This document shows, in pieces, positions 17,294 to 26,379 of a stretch of 64,000 nt of DNA; within the stretch, counting starts at the first letter, position 1; every line of letters begins with the position of its first letter. A program made the translations under genes and the position numbers. Source of the DNA: Candidatus Beckwithbacteria bacterium GW2011_GWC1_49_16 (GTDB taxonomy: Bacteria; Patescibacteriota; Microgenomatia; UBA1400; CG1-02-47-37); assembly GCA_001029675.1 (NCBI GenBank), contig CP011210.1, forward strand, positions 192,193 through 256,192, written 5' to 3'. Under the pieces are notes generated by a model that was not told where the DNA came from, did not search any database, and worked only from the letters and a program-made list of their open reading frames with translations.

Positions 17294-18736
17294 CTAGTAT
17301 TCAATAAATCCAGGAATGTCTCTGGGATCAATACCGGGGTTTTCGTCTAGGATTTGCTCTCTCTCTTTTTGGGTGATGGGTCTGAGCCCGTGGGGTTGGT
17401 GGATTTTTTGGACTCTGCTACCTATATTTCTTGAGGCGTAGATGAGGAAGAAGACGATGGTAAGTCCCGTGCCTCCATAGCACAAAAGAGGGGTCCAGAA
17501 AGATTTTGTCTCATCGGCGCCCGGAGTTAATGGGGTTACTAGGGTGTTAGGAATTTCGAGTTTTGGTCTGCCAGTAGAAGACGGGAGAGGGGCAGCGGCA
17601 TAACTGGTAGCGGTTTTGTTGGCATTTTTAACGGCGTTGGTGGCTTCAAGGTTGGCCCGGTGTTCTTCAAGTGCCTCGAAAGGGGTTCGGTGAAGGGAGT
17701 AAGGAATGGGTTGTTTATAGTAGTCTTCGGTTTTTGGTAGTTGGTTTTGGACAGGAAGCTGTAAGTCCTTTAAGAGGGTCCAGTAGCGGTTGTGGACGGG
17801 GCGGAGGCCGAGATCGGAAACATAATTTTCTCCAGTGCCTTCAACCAGGGCATAAGTTTCACCGTTGGGACCTTCGGTGAGCTCATAGACGGTGACGCTG
17901 GTACCCAGAGGTAGAGGATAACTGAAACTATCCAGGGCGATGTCGTAGTCGGGTTCTTGAGTGTAGGTTAACAGCGGGCGGGGAAAGTCATGGGGGCTGG
18001 CTTTTAGACCGAAGGCGTTCCAGAAGTCATTTTCTAAGTTGGGGTTTTGTTGCAGATAGAATTCATACAGATCTCCCAGGGCAAGCTTAGGAGAGTCGTA
18101 TGGAGCCAGTTGTTTAAAGTTTTCTTGGAATTTTTCTGGTATGACGATGGCTTCCTGGGCTAGATTTTGGGTAAAAAAGCCGCTTTCCAGATGCCGTTGG
18201 TTGAGTTCTTTGACTATGATATCAATCTCACCGCCGAGGCTGGCTTGAGCTAGTTGTTCCCGGTCGAGGGCGATGATGAAAGAGAAAAGATCGTTAGCTC
18301 TGGGTTGAAAGGTAAGTAAAGCAATGGCTTTGTCCGAGCCAGGATCGAGACTAAGGCGATGGACGGTAAGGGGTTGACCGGTATACTGTGGCGGACCCTG
18401 CTTTTGGTATTCGAGGGGTTTATCTCTGGAAAAAAGTTTGTCTTCATAGACGTTGCCTTTAAGAATGTTGAGGGTTTGGTTACCAGTTTGAGAAAAAGCT
18501 TGGCGATATACGTCAAAACCTTCACCGTTTTGGTCAATGATCGAAAAGACTTCAAACTCGGCGTCGGCAGAAAGAGTAATAGTGCCGATGCCTGGTCCTA
18601 AGGGAAAAGGCTCGATAGTTGATTCCTGCTCTGGTTTAAGTAGACCGCCGCAGGCTGACTCAACGGCTGCTCCGGCCGCAAATATAGTAGCGACTTTGAG
18701 AAAGTTTCTTCTAGAAAGTTGTTCTGCTGCTGGCAT
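17294..18736 (-). CDS. Hypothetical exported protein with twin-arginine signal and C-terminal TM
   Basis: N-terminus SRRNFLK, a hydrophobic stretch, then ESAC; TM near the C-terminus. Confidence 0.65.
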   Translation of the reverse strand: MPAAEQLSRRNFLKVATIFAAGAAVESACGGLLKPEQESTIEPFPLGPGIGTITLSADAEFEVFSIIDQNGEGFDVYRQAFSQTGNQTLNILKGNVYEDKLFSRDKPLEYQKQGPPQYTGQPLTVHRLSLDPGSDKAIALLTFQPRANDLFSFIIALDREQLAQASLGGEIDIIVKELNQRHLESGFFTQNLAQEAIVIPEKFQENFKQLAPYDSPKLALGDLYEFYLQQNPNLENDFWNAFGLKASPHDFPRPLLTYTQEPDYDIALDSFSYPLPLGTSVTVYELTEGPNGETYALVEGTGENYVSDLGLRPVHNRYWTLLKDLQLPVQNQLPKTEDYYKQPIPYSLHRTPFEALEEHRANLEATNAVKNANKTATSYAAAPLPSSTGRPKLEIPNTLVTPLTPGADETKSFWTPLLCYGGTGLTIVFFLIYASRNIGSRVQKIHQPHGLRPITQKEREQILDENPGIDPRDIPGFIEY

Positions 18737-18760
18737 AAACCTCTATTATACTATAGGGCT

Positions 18761-20113
18761 TTAAATCAGGGAAGAGAGCAGGAATAAAAACAGCAGCCCC
18801 GGTTGAAGCGTCAGGGGGTAGTGATCGAAAAGGCCGAGGAAGAGAAGTAAGCCGTAAAGCGTAATCGGTAAGCTGTAATTTTTAGATTTTATCGCCCGGT
18901 AGAAAGGAGAAAAGATCAAGTAAAGGAAGCCGGCCAGTCCCAAAATTCCGGTTTCGGCCAGGATCAATAGATAGACGTTGTGGACCGGTTGTAAAAAGCG
19001 GGTGGTGGCGGGAATTAAGCCGTAGCGGTCCATGATGACGGTGAAGTTGTTCAGTCCGACCCCGGTGAGCGGGGATTCTTTAACCATGGACAGGGCCATT
19101 TGGGTTAACTGCGACCGGCGGCTGAAGGAAGATTGGGGGGCCAAAAAGCTCAAGTTTTGGGCAAAGACCAAAAACAGCAGTAAAACTCCGGCGTAGAAAG
19201 CGACTAGCTTGACAGCAACTGATTTCACTCCCGGAGTGAAAAATTCCTCCACTCCGGGAGTGGGATTACTAAGCCGGTCCTGCCAGAAAGAAAAGCGGGG
19301 CAGGTCTTTGATCAGGGCCAACTGTTTGGCGCGGAGCTTTTGTTTGAGCGAGTCGGTTTGAAGCAAAGTTGCTGCCGGCAGGCCGATTAACAAAAACCCC
19401 AGCCAGGCGGAGAGGGAAAAGGTGAGGAATAAGCTGGCTACGCCAGCGGTAATCAGTAATCCGTAATAGGTAGTGCGTAAAAAGTTGACCTTCAAGGATA
19501 AACCCTGAAGGTGCTGGCGGATAACTAGCGGCAGGGTGACGGCCAAAAAGCCGCCTAGAACGTTAGGATGGGGAGTGGTGCCCAAAGGCGGGACTTTGAG
19601 CGAGCCGTCAAACCAGGTGATTTTGTCGATACCCGGTGTCGCGTCGGTGTAGGGTTGTTCGCCCAGAAACCAAAAGCCAAAGATTGAAGACTGGTTTAAC
19701 CATTGAGTCAGAGCCAGAAGCGATTGGAATAAAACCGCCAGGCTTAAGGTTTTGGCAATTGAGGGAAGGTGGATTTTAAGGTCAATGTGGCGGCGGATCC
19801 AGAGGCTAAAAAGAGATAGCTCAAAAAATTTAAGCCATTTGTAGGCGGCCGGCACGAACGAGGCGGAAAAAATTACTGAAGGTAAAAGTAAAGCTAAAAA
19901 AACGGCCGTGGGGCCACGACCTTTTGGTCGGGACGAAGAACTAAACCACAGGCCAAGAAGTAAGAATATGAGAAAGTCGGTAAGATAGACGGTGGGGACA
20001 AGATAGTCGACCAGGGTGCCGGAGACGTATGATGAGGGCAGAATAAAGTGACGGGCAAGATTAGTGGGCAGAAGAAAGAGGATTAAATAGAAAAGCCGGT
20101 ATTGCCAGACCAT
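18761..20113 (-). CDS. O-antigen ligase/polymerase family membrane protein
   Basis: HPNVLGG, GVGLNNF and PVHNVYLLILAETGILG motifs. Confidence 0.88.
   Translation of the reverse strand: MVWQYRLFYLILFLLPTNLARHFILPSSYVSGTLVDYLVPTVYLTDFLIFLLLGLWFSSSSRPKGRGPTAVFLALLLPSVIFSASFVPAAYKWLKFFELSLFSLWIRRHIDLKIHLPSIAKTLSLAVLFQSLLALTQWLNQSSIFGFWFLGEQPYTDATPGIDKITWFDGSLKVPPLGTTPHPNVLGGFLAVTLPLVIRQHLQGLSLKVNFLRTTYYGLLITAGVASLFLTFSLSAWLGFLLIGLPAATLLQTDSLKQKLRAKQLALIKDLPRFSFWQDRLSNPTPGVEEFFTPGVKSVAVKLVAFYAGVLLLFLVFAQNLSFLAPQSSFSRRSQLTQMALSMVKESPLTGVGLNNFTVIMDRYGLIPATTRFLQPVHNVYLLILAETGILGLAGFLYLIFSPFYRAIKSKNYSLPITLYGLLLFLGLFDHYPLTLQPGLLFLFLLSSLI
19226..19262. repeat. 37-bp double-palindrome element inside the O-antigen ligase gene
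   Basis: Read on the minus strand as TPGVEEFFTPGV; identical to 9911-9947. Confidence 0.9.
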
Positions 20114-20153
20114 TAAAAATTACTATAGCATAATCTGTGTTATACTCGAGCTT

Positions 20154-21428
20154 ATGAGATTAAAACCTCAAAAAAAATTACTGAAAAACGGCTTGACTTT
20201 GGTGACGGTGCCGATGGGCTCGGCTTCGGTTTCGGCGGTGCTTTTGGTGCGGGTGGGCAGCCGGGACGAGTCGGTGAGTGTAAACGGCATGTCTCACTTT
20301 TTGGAGCACATGGTGTTTAAAGGCACCAAAAAGTGGCCGACGTCACGGGAGATGAACCAGGTGATCGATTCTGTAGGCGGAGTGTATAACGCCTTTACCT
20401 CGCACGAGAATACCGGTTTTTGGGTCAAGCTAGCCAAAAAACACCTGAAGCTGGGTTTGGAGTATTTGCAACAGGCAGTGTTTGAGCCGCTGTTGCCGGC
20501 TGACGAACTTGAGCGGGAGCGGGGAGTGATTTTGGAAGAAATCAAGATGTACGAGGACAACCCGATGGCCAACGTAGCCAAGAGCTTTGTGGCCCAGCTT
20601 TACCAAGGCACAACTTTAGGCCAGCAGATTATCGGTACTGCCGCTAACATCAGAAGTTTAAAAAGAGACCAGTTTTACCGGCATCTTAAGCGTTGGTACC
20701 AGCCTAAAAATATGGTCTTGACCGTGGCCGGGGGAATTGACGGCAACGTCGGCCGCCTGGCGACAGAGGTTTTCAACAATAACTTTACCAGTCAGGTGAA
20801 GTTTGCCCGCCGGGTGAAAGAGATCAAAGTGGAAAAAACCGACAAAATTAGAGTAGTGAGTAAGGATATTAAGCAAGCTCACTTTTGTTTAGGAATGACC
20901 ACTTTCAGAAGGGGTCACCAAGACCGCTATGCCCTGGCAGTGTTAAACACGGTTTTGGGGGCCAACTCGAGTTCCCGGCTGTTTGAAGAAATCAGGAATA
21001 AGCGAGGGTTGGTTTATTACGTCAGAACCGGGCTCAATAGTTTTTACGAAACCGGCTATTTAGTGGCCCAGGCAGGCTGCGACGTAAAAAGAGTTGGCGA
21101 GGCGGTCAAGGTGACTGTCGGTGAGTACGACAAGATGACGGGCAGGGTCAGCGGCATTACCGACGAGGAGTTAACCCGGGCCAAAGAATATCTCAAAGGC
21201 AGATTAGCTTTGGACTTGGAGGATAGCCAGGAGGTGGCCGGCATGTTTGGTGAAGATTTGCTGATGGAAAATAAGTTGAGGCCGGTGGAGGAGCTCTATC
21301 GGGGAGTAGAAAAAGTGACGGCGGTCGACGTCACCAGAGTGGCCAAGGCCATTTTTAGCCCCGAGCGTTTGCGCTTGACCGTAGTCGGGCCATTTAAGGG
21401 GAAAAATGAGTTTGCTAAGCTGGTATGA
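20154..21428 (+). CDS. M16 family (pitrilysin-like) zinc peptidase
   Basis: HFLEHMVFKGT (HxxEH), NAFTS and SSRLFEEIR motifs. Confidence 0.93.
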   Translation: MRLKPQKKLLKNGLTLVTVPMGSASVSAVLLVRVGSRDESVSVNGMSHFLEHMVFKGTKKWPTSREMNQVIDSVGGVYNAFTSHENTGFWVKLAKKHLKLGLEYLQQAVFEPLLPADELERERGVILEEIKMYEDNPMANVAKSFVAQLYQGTTLGQQIIGTAANIRSLKRDQFYRHLKRWYQPKNMVLTVAGGIDGNVGRLATEVFNNNFTSQVKFARRVKEIKVEKTDKIRVVSKDIKQAHFCLGMTTFRRGHQDRYALAVLNTVLGANSSSRLFEEIRNKRGLVYYVRTGLNSFYETGYLVAQAGCDVKRVGEAVKVTVGEYDKMTGRVSGITDEELTRAKEYLKGRLALDLEDSQEVAGMFGEDLLMENKLRPVEELYRGVEKVTAVDVTRVAKAIFSPERLRLTVVGPFKGKNEFAKLV

Positions 21429-22279
21429 CAGTTTTCTTGCTGGCATTTATCGCGATGGTAAGTTTAGGGGTAGGTTGGTTTTTTGCCGCTCGGTCGTCAA
21501 AGGATATGGATCCGCTTGCTTCGATGTTTATGTTTCAGCTAGTCGGGATACCTTTTTTCTTACTGCTTTTACCCTGGGCTCCAGCTGGATTTAATAGCGG
21601 TTTGTGGTTGCCGATTTTTTTGGTGGGAGTCTACGAAACCTTTGTGATGTTGTTGCTGTTTTATACAATGAGAATTGGTGATATCAGCGTGGTTTTTCCT
21701 ATAACTACAGGAGGTTATGCGCTGGTGGCCTTTGTTTTAGGCTGGCTGTTTTTACACGAAACAACATCGTTGGCCAGGATTTTAGGCATGTTATTGGTGA
21801 TTTTGGGGATAGTTTTGGTTTCAGCTAAGACTACAAAAGAAAAGATAAGGCAAAAAACCGGACTCAAAAAGGGAGCTTTGCCTGCTATGTTGGTCGCAGT
21901 TGGTACTGGGTTATATTTATTTTTGGTGGGGTTGGTAGCAAGGGGAAGTAGTTGGTTTGTGACGGCGTTGGGGATAAGAATAGCTATTTCGCTCACGGCC
22001 CTCATGCTGTTGTTGGTGAAGAGAGTAAGTCTTAAAAAGTTGTGGCAGGGGGTGGTGTGGCAGTGGATTTTGCCGGCAGCTTTTTTAGATGTTTTGGGGT
22101 TTTCCTTTTACAACATGGTAGTGGTTCAAGCCGAAGTCTCTTACGCCACGATTATGATTTCGGCCCAGTCTTTGATAACGGTGCTTCTGGGTTATTTTGT
22201 CTTAAAAGAGCAGGTTGTCAGGCGTCAGTGGGCGGGAATATTTTTGGCCATTGGCGGTTTGGTGATTTTACAGCTTTGA
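21425..22279 (+). CDS. DMT/EamA family transporter
   Basis: About 10 TM segments in two repeats ending LFLHE and FVLKE. Confidence 0.8.
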   Translation: MTVFLLAFIAMVSLGVGWFFAARSSKDMDPLASMFMFQLVGIPFFLLLLPWAPAGFNSGLWLPIFLVGVYETFVMLLLFYTMRIGDISVVFPITTGGYALVAFVLGWLFLHETTSLARILGMLLVILGIVLVSAKTTKEKIRQKTGLKKGALPAMLVAVGTGLYLFLVGLVARGSSWFVTALGIRIAISLTALMLLLVKRVSLKKLWQGVVWQWILPAAFLDVLGFSFYNMVVVQAEVSYATIMISAQSLITVLLGYFVLKEQVVRRQWAGIFLAIGGLVILQL

Positions 22280-22296
22280 TGGTGTATATTTAATCT

Positions 22297-22767
22297 ATGG
22301 CCAAAGAGCAGTCGGTAGTTTTAGTTAAACCGGACGGGTTACAGCGGGGGTTGTTGGGCGAGATGGTCAGCCGGTTTGAGAGGAAGGGGTTGAAGTTGGT
22401 GGCAGTCAAGATGATGAGACTAACGGATGAGATTTTGGATCATTGGTACGAGCATCACAAGGACAAGGATTTTTTTGACGAGCTTAAATCTTTCATGAAG
22501 TCGGCGCCGATTGTGGCCATGCTGTGGCAGGGGGTGGAGGCGGTGGCGGTGGTGAGAAAGCTTTGCGGCACTACTTCGGGCCGTGAGGCCGAGGCCGGTT
22601 CGATCAGAGGCGATTTTTCCATCAGCCAACAATTGAATCTGATCCACGCGTCAGACAGCGTCGATAATGCCGACAGGGAAAGAAAACTTATTTTCAAAGA
22701 CGGCGAGATAATCGATTGGGAAAGCGCGGCCGAGGCTTTGGTTTATTCGGCGGCAGAGAGAAGTTAA
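22297..22767 (+). CDS. ndk: Nucleoside diphosphate kinase
   Basis: VKPDGLQR, GSIRGDF and NLIHASDS motifs. Confidence 0.96.
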   Translation: MAKEQSVVLVKPDGLQRGLLGEMVSRFERKGLKLVAVKMMRLTDEILDHWYEHHKDKDFFDELKSFMKSAPIVAMLWQGVEAVAVVRKLCGTTSGREAEAGSIRGDFSISQQLNLIHASDSVDNADRERKLIFKDGEIIDWESAAEALVYSAAERS

Positions 22768-23138
22768 AGGTTTTTAAGAAAGTTTTTGATTCTGTTTCTG
22801 TCTTCGTTTGGTTTGTTCCCTTTATAGTATATCTCAATAAAAATAATCTTAGAGTTTGATTTGAGAAAGGCGTAGATGACTCTTAGTCCACTTCTTGAGC
22901 CTTTACCAAAGAGGGATTTACAGGCAAATTTCTTGATTTTACAGATATCAACTTTCTGGCTACAAAGTTCTGGAATTGGGAAAATGCTGCGGTTATCTGT
23001 GTTTTGAAGGTAAAGAAGTTCTATCGTGGTCTTTTTGACAAGGTTAAAGTCTTCGTGAAGGGTTCTTAAGCGTTTCTTTAGCTTCTTAAAATCCTTTTTA
23101 AATTCTGGAGTCTGTTCATAGATTAGATTTATCGTCAT
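22764..23138 (-). CDS. RelE/ParE-like toxin
   Basis: FKKDFKKL and GKGSRSGLRVIY motifs; coupled to the antitoxin gene. Confidence 0.7.
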   Translation of the reverse strand: MTINLIYEQTPEFKKDFKKLKKRLRTLHEDFNLVKKTTIELLYLQNTDNRSIFPIPELCSQKVDICKIKKFACKSLFGKGSRSGLRVIYAFLKSNSKIIFIEIYYKGNKPNEDRNRIKNFLKNL

Positions 23139-23874
23139 AGCTTCTTACAGACGTTTCATCGGTGCGATAAAAGACTGCTTCGTATTCTATTTGTTGGCCT
23201 TGTTTGGCGGTAATAAAGGGAACATCTTTATGAGAGTAGACGCTTAAGTCGTTGGCGTTTTTATCCGAGAGCCTATTTAAGACTTCGTCGATGTGTTTGA
23301 TTTCTCTGGCAGTGAGTAAGTTGATATTTGGGGAACGATTAGGCAGATACTTCTTTTGATCGTACTGGAAGTATTTGCTTTTAACTTGGACGATTTCTTT
23401 TTTCTTTTCCATGTCCTGAATAACTTGGTCGAACATTGCCGGGGTGGGACCATGGTGGTTTTTAACATAAGCTGCCCCTATCAATTGCTCTTCAAATTTT
23501 TCGTAAAAGTCAAAGTCGATAAAGTAGAGTAGCTTGTAGATAACGGTTTTACCTACGTTACGCTTGGCGCCGACTTTTTCCAGGACGTAAAGCAAAACCT
23601 CTTTGAACTTGTCCACTTTTTCTTGAGGAATACTGATGCGGATGGTGTCATTTTTAATGAGAGGTTTTTTAGCTTTGGTGATCATAACTGTGATTTTAGG
23701 AAGATTAAGTATTGACTCAAGTCTTTTTAACTCTTTCAGGGTGAGTTCCCGAGAACCCTTTTCTACTAATATGTATGTCGGGCGAGAGATACCTAGTTTT
23801 TTAGCCAGGTAGGCTTGAGATAAACCTAGTTCTGTCCGTTTCTTTCTGATGATGCTTTCAAGAGATTGAACCAT
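23116..23874 (-). CDS. XRE HTH + DUF4065 (Panacea/SocA-like) antitoxin
   Basis: SQAYLAKKLGISRPTY HTH; KLLYFIDF...YVKNHHGP...LS.YSH.D.P motifs. Confidence 0.82.
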   Translation of the reverse strand: MVQSLESIIRKKRTELGLSQAYLAKKLGISRPTYILVEKGSRELTLKELKRLESILNLPKITVMITKAKKPLIKNDTIRISIPQEKVDKFKEVLLYVLEKVGAKRNVGKTVIYKLLYFIDFDFYEKFEEQLIGAAYVKNHHGPTPAMFDQVIQDMEKKKEIVQVKSKYFQYDQKKYLPNRSPNINLLTAREIKHIDEVLNRLSDKNANDLSVYSHKDVPFITAKQGQQIEYEAVFYRTDETSVRSYDDKSNL

Positions 23875-23945
23875 AAACCGCTACCAGTTTAGCAGGTGTA
23901 AAGAATTTTTGTCAAGTCTTAGAGTAAGAAATGTTGACACAGAAC

Positions 23946-24080
23946 TTACTTTTTATTGACGTATTTCCACAGGGTCATGATGGCCAGAACCAAAAGGATT
24001 AGGACTAGGATGTAGATGAGCCAGCCGAAAAACATGACAGAGCCGCCTCCCCAACCGTTCATCATTTGATATCCCCACAT
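23946..24080 (-). CDS. Small single-TM protein (44 aa)
   Basis: Manual translation MWGYQMMNGWGGGSVMFFGWLIYILVLILLVLAIMTLWKYVNKK, preceded by a strong AAGGAGGTG SD. Confidence 0.65.
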   Translation of the reverse strand: MWGYQMMNGWGGGSVMFFGWLIYILVLILLVLAIMTLWKYVNKK

Positions 24081-24110
24081 TTTGCCTCACCTCCTTTAAC
24101 AAGAGAGTTT

Positions 24111-24257
24111 TTAACTTGAAGCGTGATCTTTAAGTTTTTTTCGTAAAGTCTTTATCTCGTTGATAATCTCATCCCTGATTTCATAGAGTTCATCCTGGAA
24201 AGATTTAGAGTTTTCATTTAAGCCTTGATTCGTGACTAACTTGTCTGATTTGATCAT
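24111..24257 (-). CDS. Possible small coiled-coil protein (48 aa)
   Basis: Manual ORF MIKSDKLVT...DELYEIRDEIINEIKTLRKKLKDHASS. Confidence 0.35.
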   Translation of the reverse strand: MIKSDKLVTNQGLNENSKSFQDELYEIRDEIINEIKTLRKKLKDHASS

Positions 24258-24296
24258 TACGTTATTATTGTTGGTGATTGACGAGTGGTTGTTAAT

Positions 24297-24359
24297 TGGT
24301 CGGGGTGGCCCGCCTAAGGCGGGCGGCCTGTCGCCTAAGGCGACCGCTCTGCCAACTGA
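24297..24359 (-). pseudogene. tRNA-like remnant interrupted by CGCC-taa-GGCG palindromes
   Basis: Minus strand has a D-arm-like TCAGTTGGCAGAGC and a 3' end CACCCCG-A-CCA. Confidence 0.5.
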
Positions 24360-24370
24360 TAATTTTTGCT

Positions 24371-24538
24371 TTAACCATTTTCTTCCTTGCCCAGACTTAA
24401 GTTGTCTTTCTCTTTTCTTAGTTTTGTATATTTAGATTGACCGGAATTATGTTCATGAATCCGCCTTTTAAGATTATTAGTATGTCCAATGTAATGTCTT
24501 TCATTTTTATAACTTTTAATGACGTAGACGTAATACAT
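24371..24538 (-). pseudogene. GIY-YIG nuclease pseudogene (internal deletion/frameshift)
   Basis: MYYVYVIKS...HYIGHTNNLKRRIHEHNSG...YTK; the C-terminal KRERQLKSGQGRKWLK is in another frame. Confidence 0.8.
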
Positions 24539-24539
24539 G

Positions 24540-24612
24540 TCGGAGAGCCGGGATTCGAACCCGGGACCTCGTCGTCCCGAACGACGCGCGCTACCAACTG
24601 CGCTACTCTCCG
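24540..24612 (-). tRNA. tRNA-Pro(CGG)
   Basis: CGGAGAG acceptor; anticodon arm CGTCG-TTCGGGA-CGACG; GGTTCGAATCC T-arm. Confidence 0.95.
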
Positions 24613-24676
24613 TAACCGGCGATTCGTCTAAGGCGGGCGACCGCGCTACTCCGCCTCAGGCGGACGCTACACCCCG
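24613..24676 (-). pseudogene. tRNA-Pro-like 5' remnant with TCCGCC-tga-GGCGGA palindrome in the D-loop position
   Basis: Minus strand reads CGGGGTG-TAGCG-[TCCGCCTGAGGCGGA]-GTAGCGC. Confidence 0.5.
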
Positions 24677-24680
24677 TGGG

Positions 24681-24752
24681 TGCCCCCACCAGGAGTCGAA
24701 CCTGGATTAGAGGTTTAGGAAACCTCTGTTCTATCCATTAAACTATGGGAGC
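24681..24752 (-). tRNA. tRNA-Arg(CCT)
   Basis: GCTCCCA acceptor; anticodon arm GAGGT-TTCCTAA-ACCTC; GGTTCGACTCC T-arm. Confidence 0.93.
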
Positions 24753-24808
24753 TAGTGAACCTGAAAGGATTATAGCAAATTTATATTTGGTATAATCATT
24801 CTGTTTTT

Positions 24809-26371
24809 ATGATGGCAGAACGAGAAAAAAAACAGCAGCTTCATCCCGGTATGGTAATACATGCGGAAAAGTTGCTTGATGAAGCTGGAGCAAGAAATAA
24901 GAATTATAATGAATTACTGAATCAGGGACGAAGGCAAAAGATAGTTGAGTTTCTTGGAGAAGGAACTGTTTTTAACAACTACACTCAAGCATACATGGAG
25001 GCTTTTGTGGCAGCAGACGAAGTGTTAACCCTCGATCATGGTTTAGAGGGTTTAAAAGTGCTTCCGTCCTTGAAACGGGTAGCGTTGGTTTTTGGAGAAG
25101 ACTTGCCTCCACAGGAAGGAATTTTTAGGCGCCTAGAGGACATTATGTTTGACACTCAATTTTTTGCAGATAGGCATTATGATAAGAGAGAAATTGGGCA
25201 GGGTTTGAGCGGTTTACAGAAAATGATTGCCTTTTACTATAACGCCACGGAGGTAAAGTTGAGATTTATACCTATGGAAGAAAAACTGTATGATGATGCT
25301 TGGTTCACATATTTGGGTCAGATGTTAATAGAGCGAAGAATTTGGAATAACCTAGACAGTTTTAGGGGGGAAGACAGTTTTGAAACAATGGTTAACTTTC
25401 ATAAATACTACAAAGTTAACGCCTCTCATGTTTTTGCACACATTAGAAGAATTCCTAGTGGTAGATACTTAGAATTAAGCGCTAGAGATACGTCTGAACC
25501 AAGAGAGAGGGTGTTGTCTTTTCAAAGAGATGTGATTGATATCGAAGATTTACTAGAGGGAGAAGAAAATTTTTCTTTAGTCGATCTAGAAACGCTCGCG
25601 GAAAGATTATCGAAAAAGCATCAAACTATAATGGGGCAGCTTTTAGCTGGTCAAAGTCAAAAGATGCTTATAGAAGGTGGTTTTAAAAGAAGAGAAATTC
25701 AGTTAGCGACGTTTGAATTTGGCAAAGTGCTGGCAGAATTAGACGAGAAGTATAAAGGCTTGATAGTTGCTGAAAAGCAAAAACAAGCGAACATGAAAGA
25801 ATTATGGGAGAATTTGCATATGGCGACGAGATATCTAACCCTCAGAGAGTTTTTTAATCATGTTTCAAGGTTGGGTCAAAGAGAAAGGTTTGCAATGCTG
25901 AAAATGACTGGTTACTCCGACCCGGGAAAATCTCTAAAGGAATCGGCGCAGGCCCATGGATTTTCAGGAGAGTTAATTATAATGAGGGATTTTAGCAGCG
26001 CCGTAAAATCATTAACCGAATCAGTTTCTAAATATAAACTTATTGACGAAAATAGTTCTCTAAAGATCAATCCTAAAAAATTAGTAAGGGAATCAGAAAA
26101 TGTTAGATCTTTTAGGGTTGAAAAGGAGAGAGCTTTGAGGCCTGATGGACGGGGTAAAATAGTTGATAATATGATGTTATCCAGCGACGGCGAATTTATG
26201 AATTTATTGCCGTCTCATTTGCGCCGAACTTTTCTTTTGTTAATCGAACTAAACGATGATGGAGAATCATTGAAGCACAGTCGACAATCATTAATCAATA
26301 AATATGGATTGGGTTCAGGCAGATTGGATCGTCATATTGCTTCGATTAAAAGGGTGATTGAAGATTATTAA
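24809..26371 (+). CDS. Hypothetical protein (AT-rich orphan next to tRNAs)
   Basis: 520 aa ORF with TGGTATAAT upstream; no motif recognised. Confidence 0.65.
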   Translation: MMAEREKKQQLHPGMVIHAEKLLDEAGARNKNYNELLNQGRRQKIVEFLGEGTVFNNYTQAYMEAFVAADEVLTLDHGLEGLKVLPSLKRVALVFGEDLPPQEGIFRRLEDIMFDTQFFADRHYDKREIGQGLSGLQKMIAFYYNATEVKLRFIPMEEKLYDDAWFTYLGQMLIERRIWNNLDSFRGEDSFETMVNFHKYYKVNASHVFAHIRRIPSGRYLELSARDTSEPRERVLSFQRDVIDIEDLLEGEENFSLVDLETLAERLSKKHQTIMGQLLAGQSQKMLIEGGFKRREIQLATFEFGKVLAELDEKYKGLIVAEKQKQANMKELWENLHMATRYLTLREFFNHVSRLGQRERFAMLKMTGYSDPGKSLKESAQAHGFSGELIIMRDFSSAVKSLTESVSKYKLIDENSSLKINPKKLVRESENVRSFRVEKERALRPDGRGKIVDNMMLSSDGEFMNLLPSHLRRTFLLLIELNDDGESLKHSRQSLINKYGLGSGRLDRHIASIKRVIEDY

Positions 26372-26379
26372 GATTTTTC

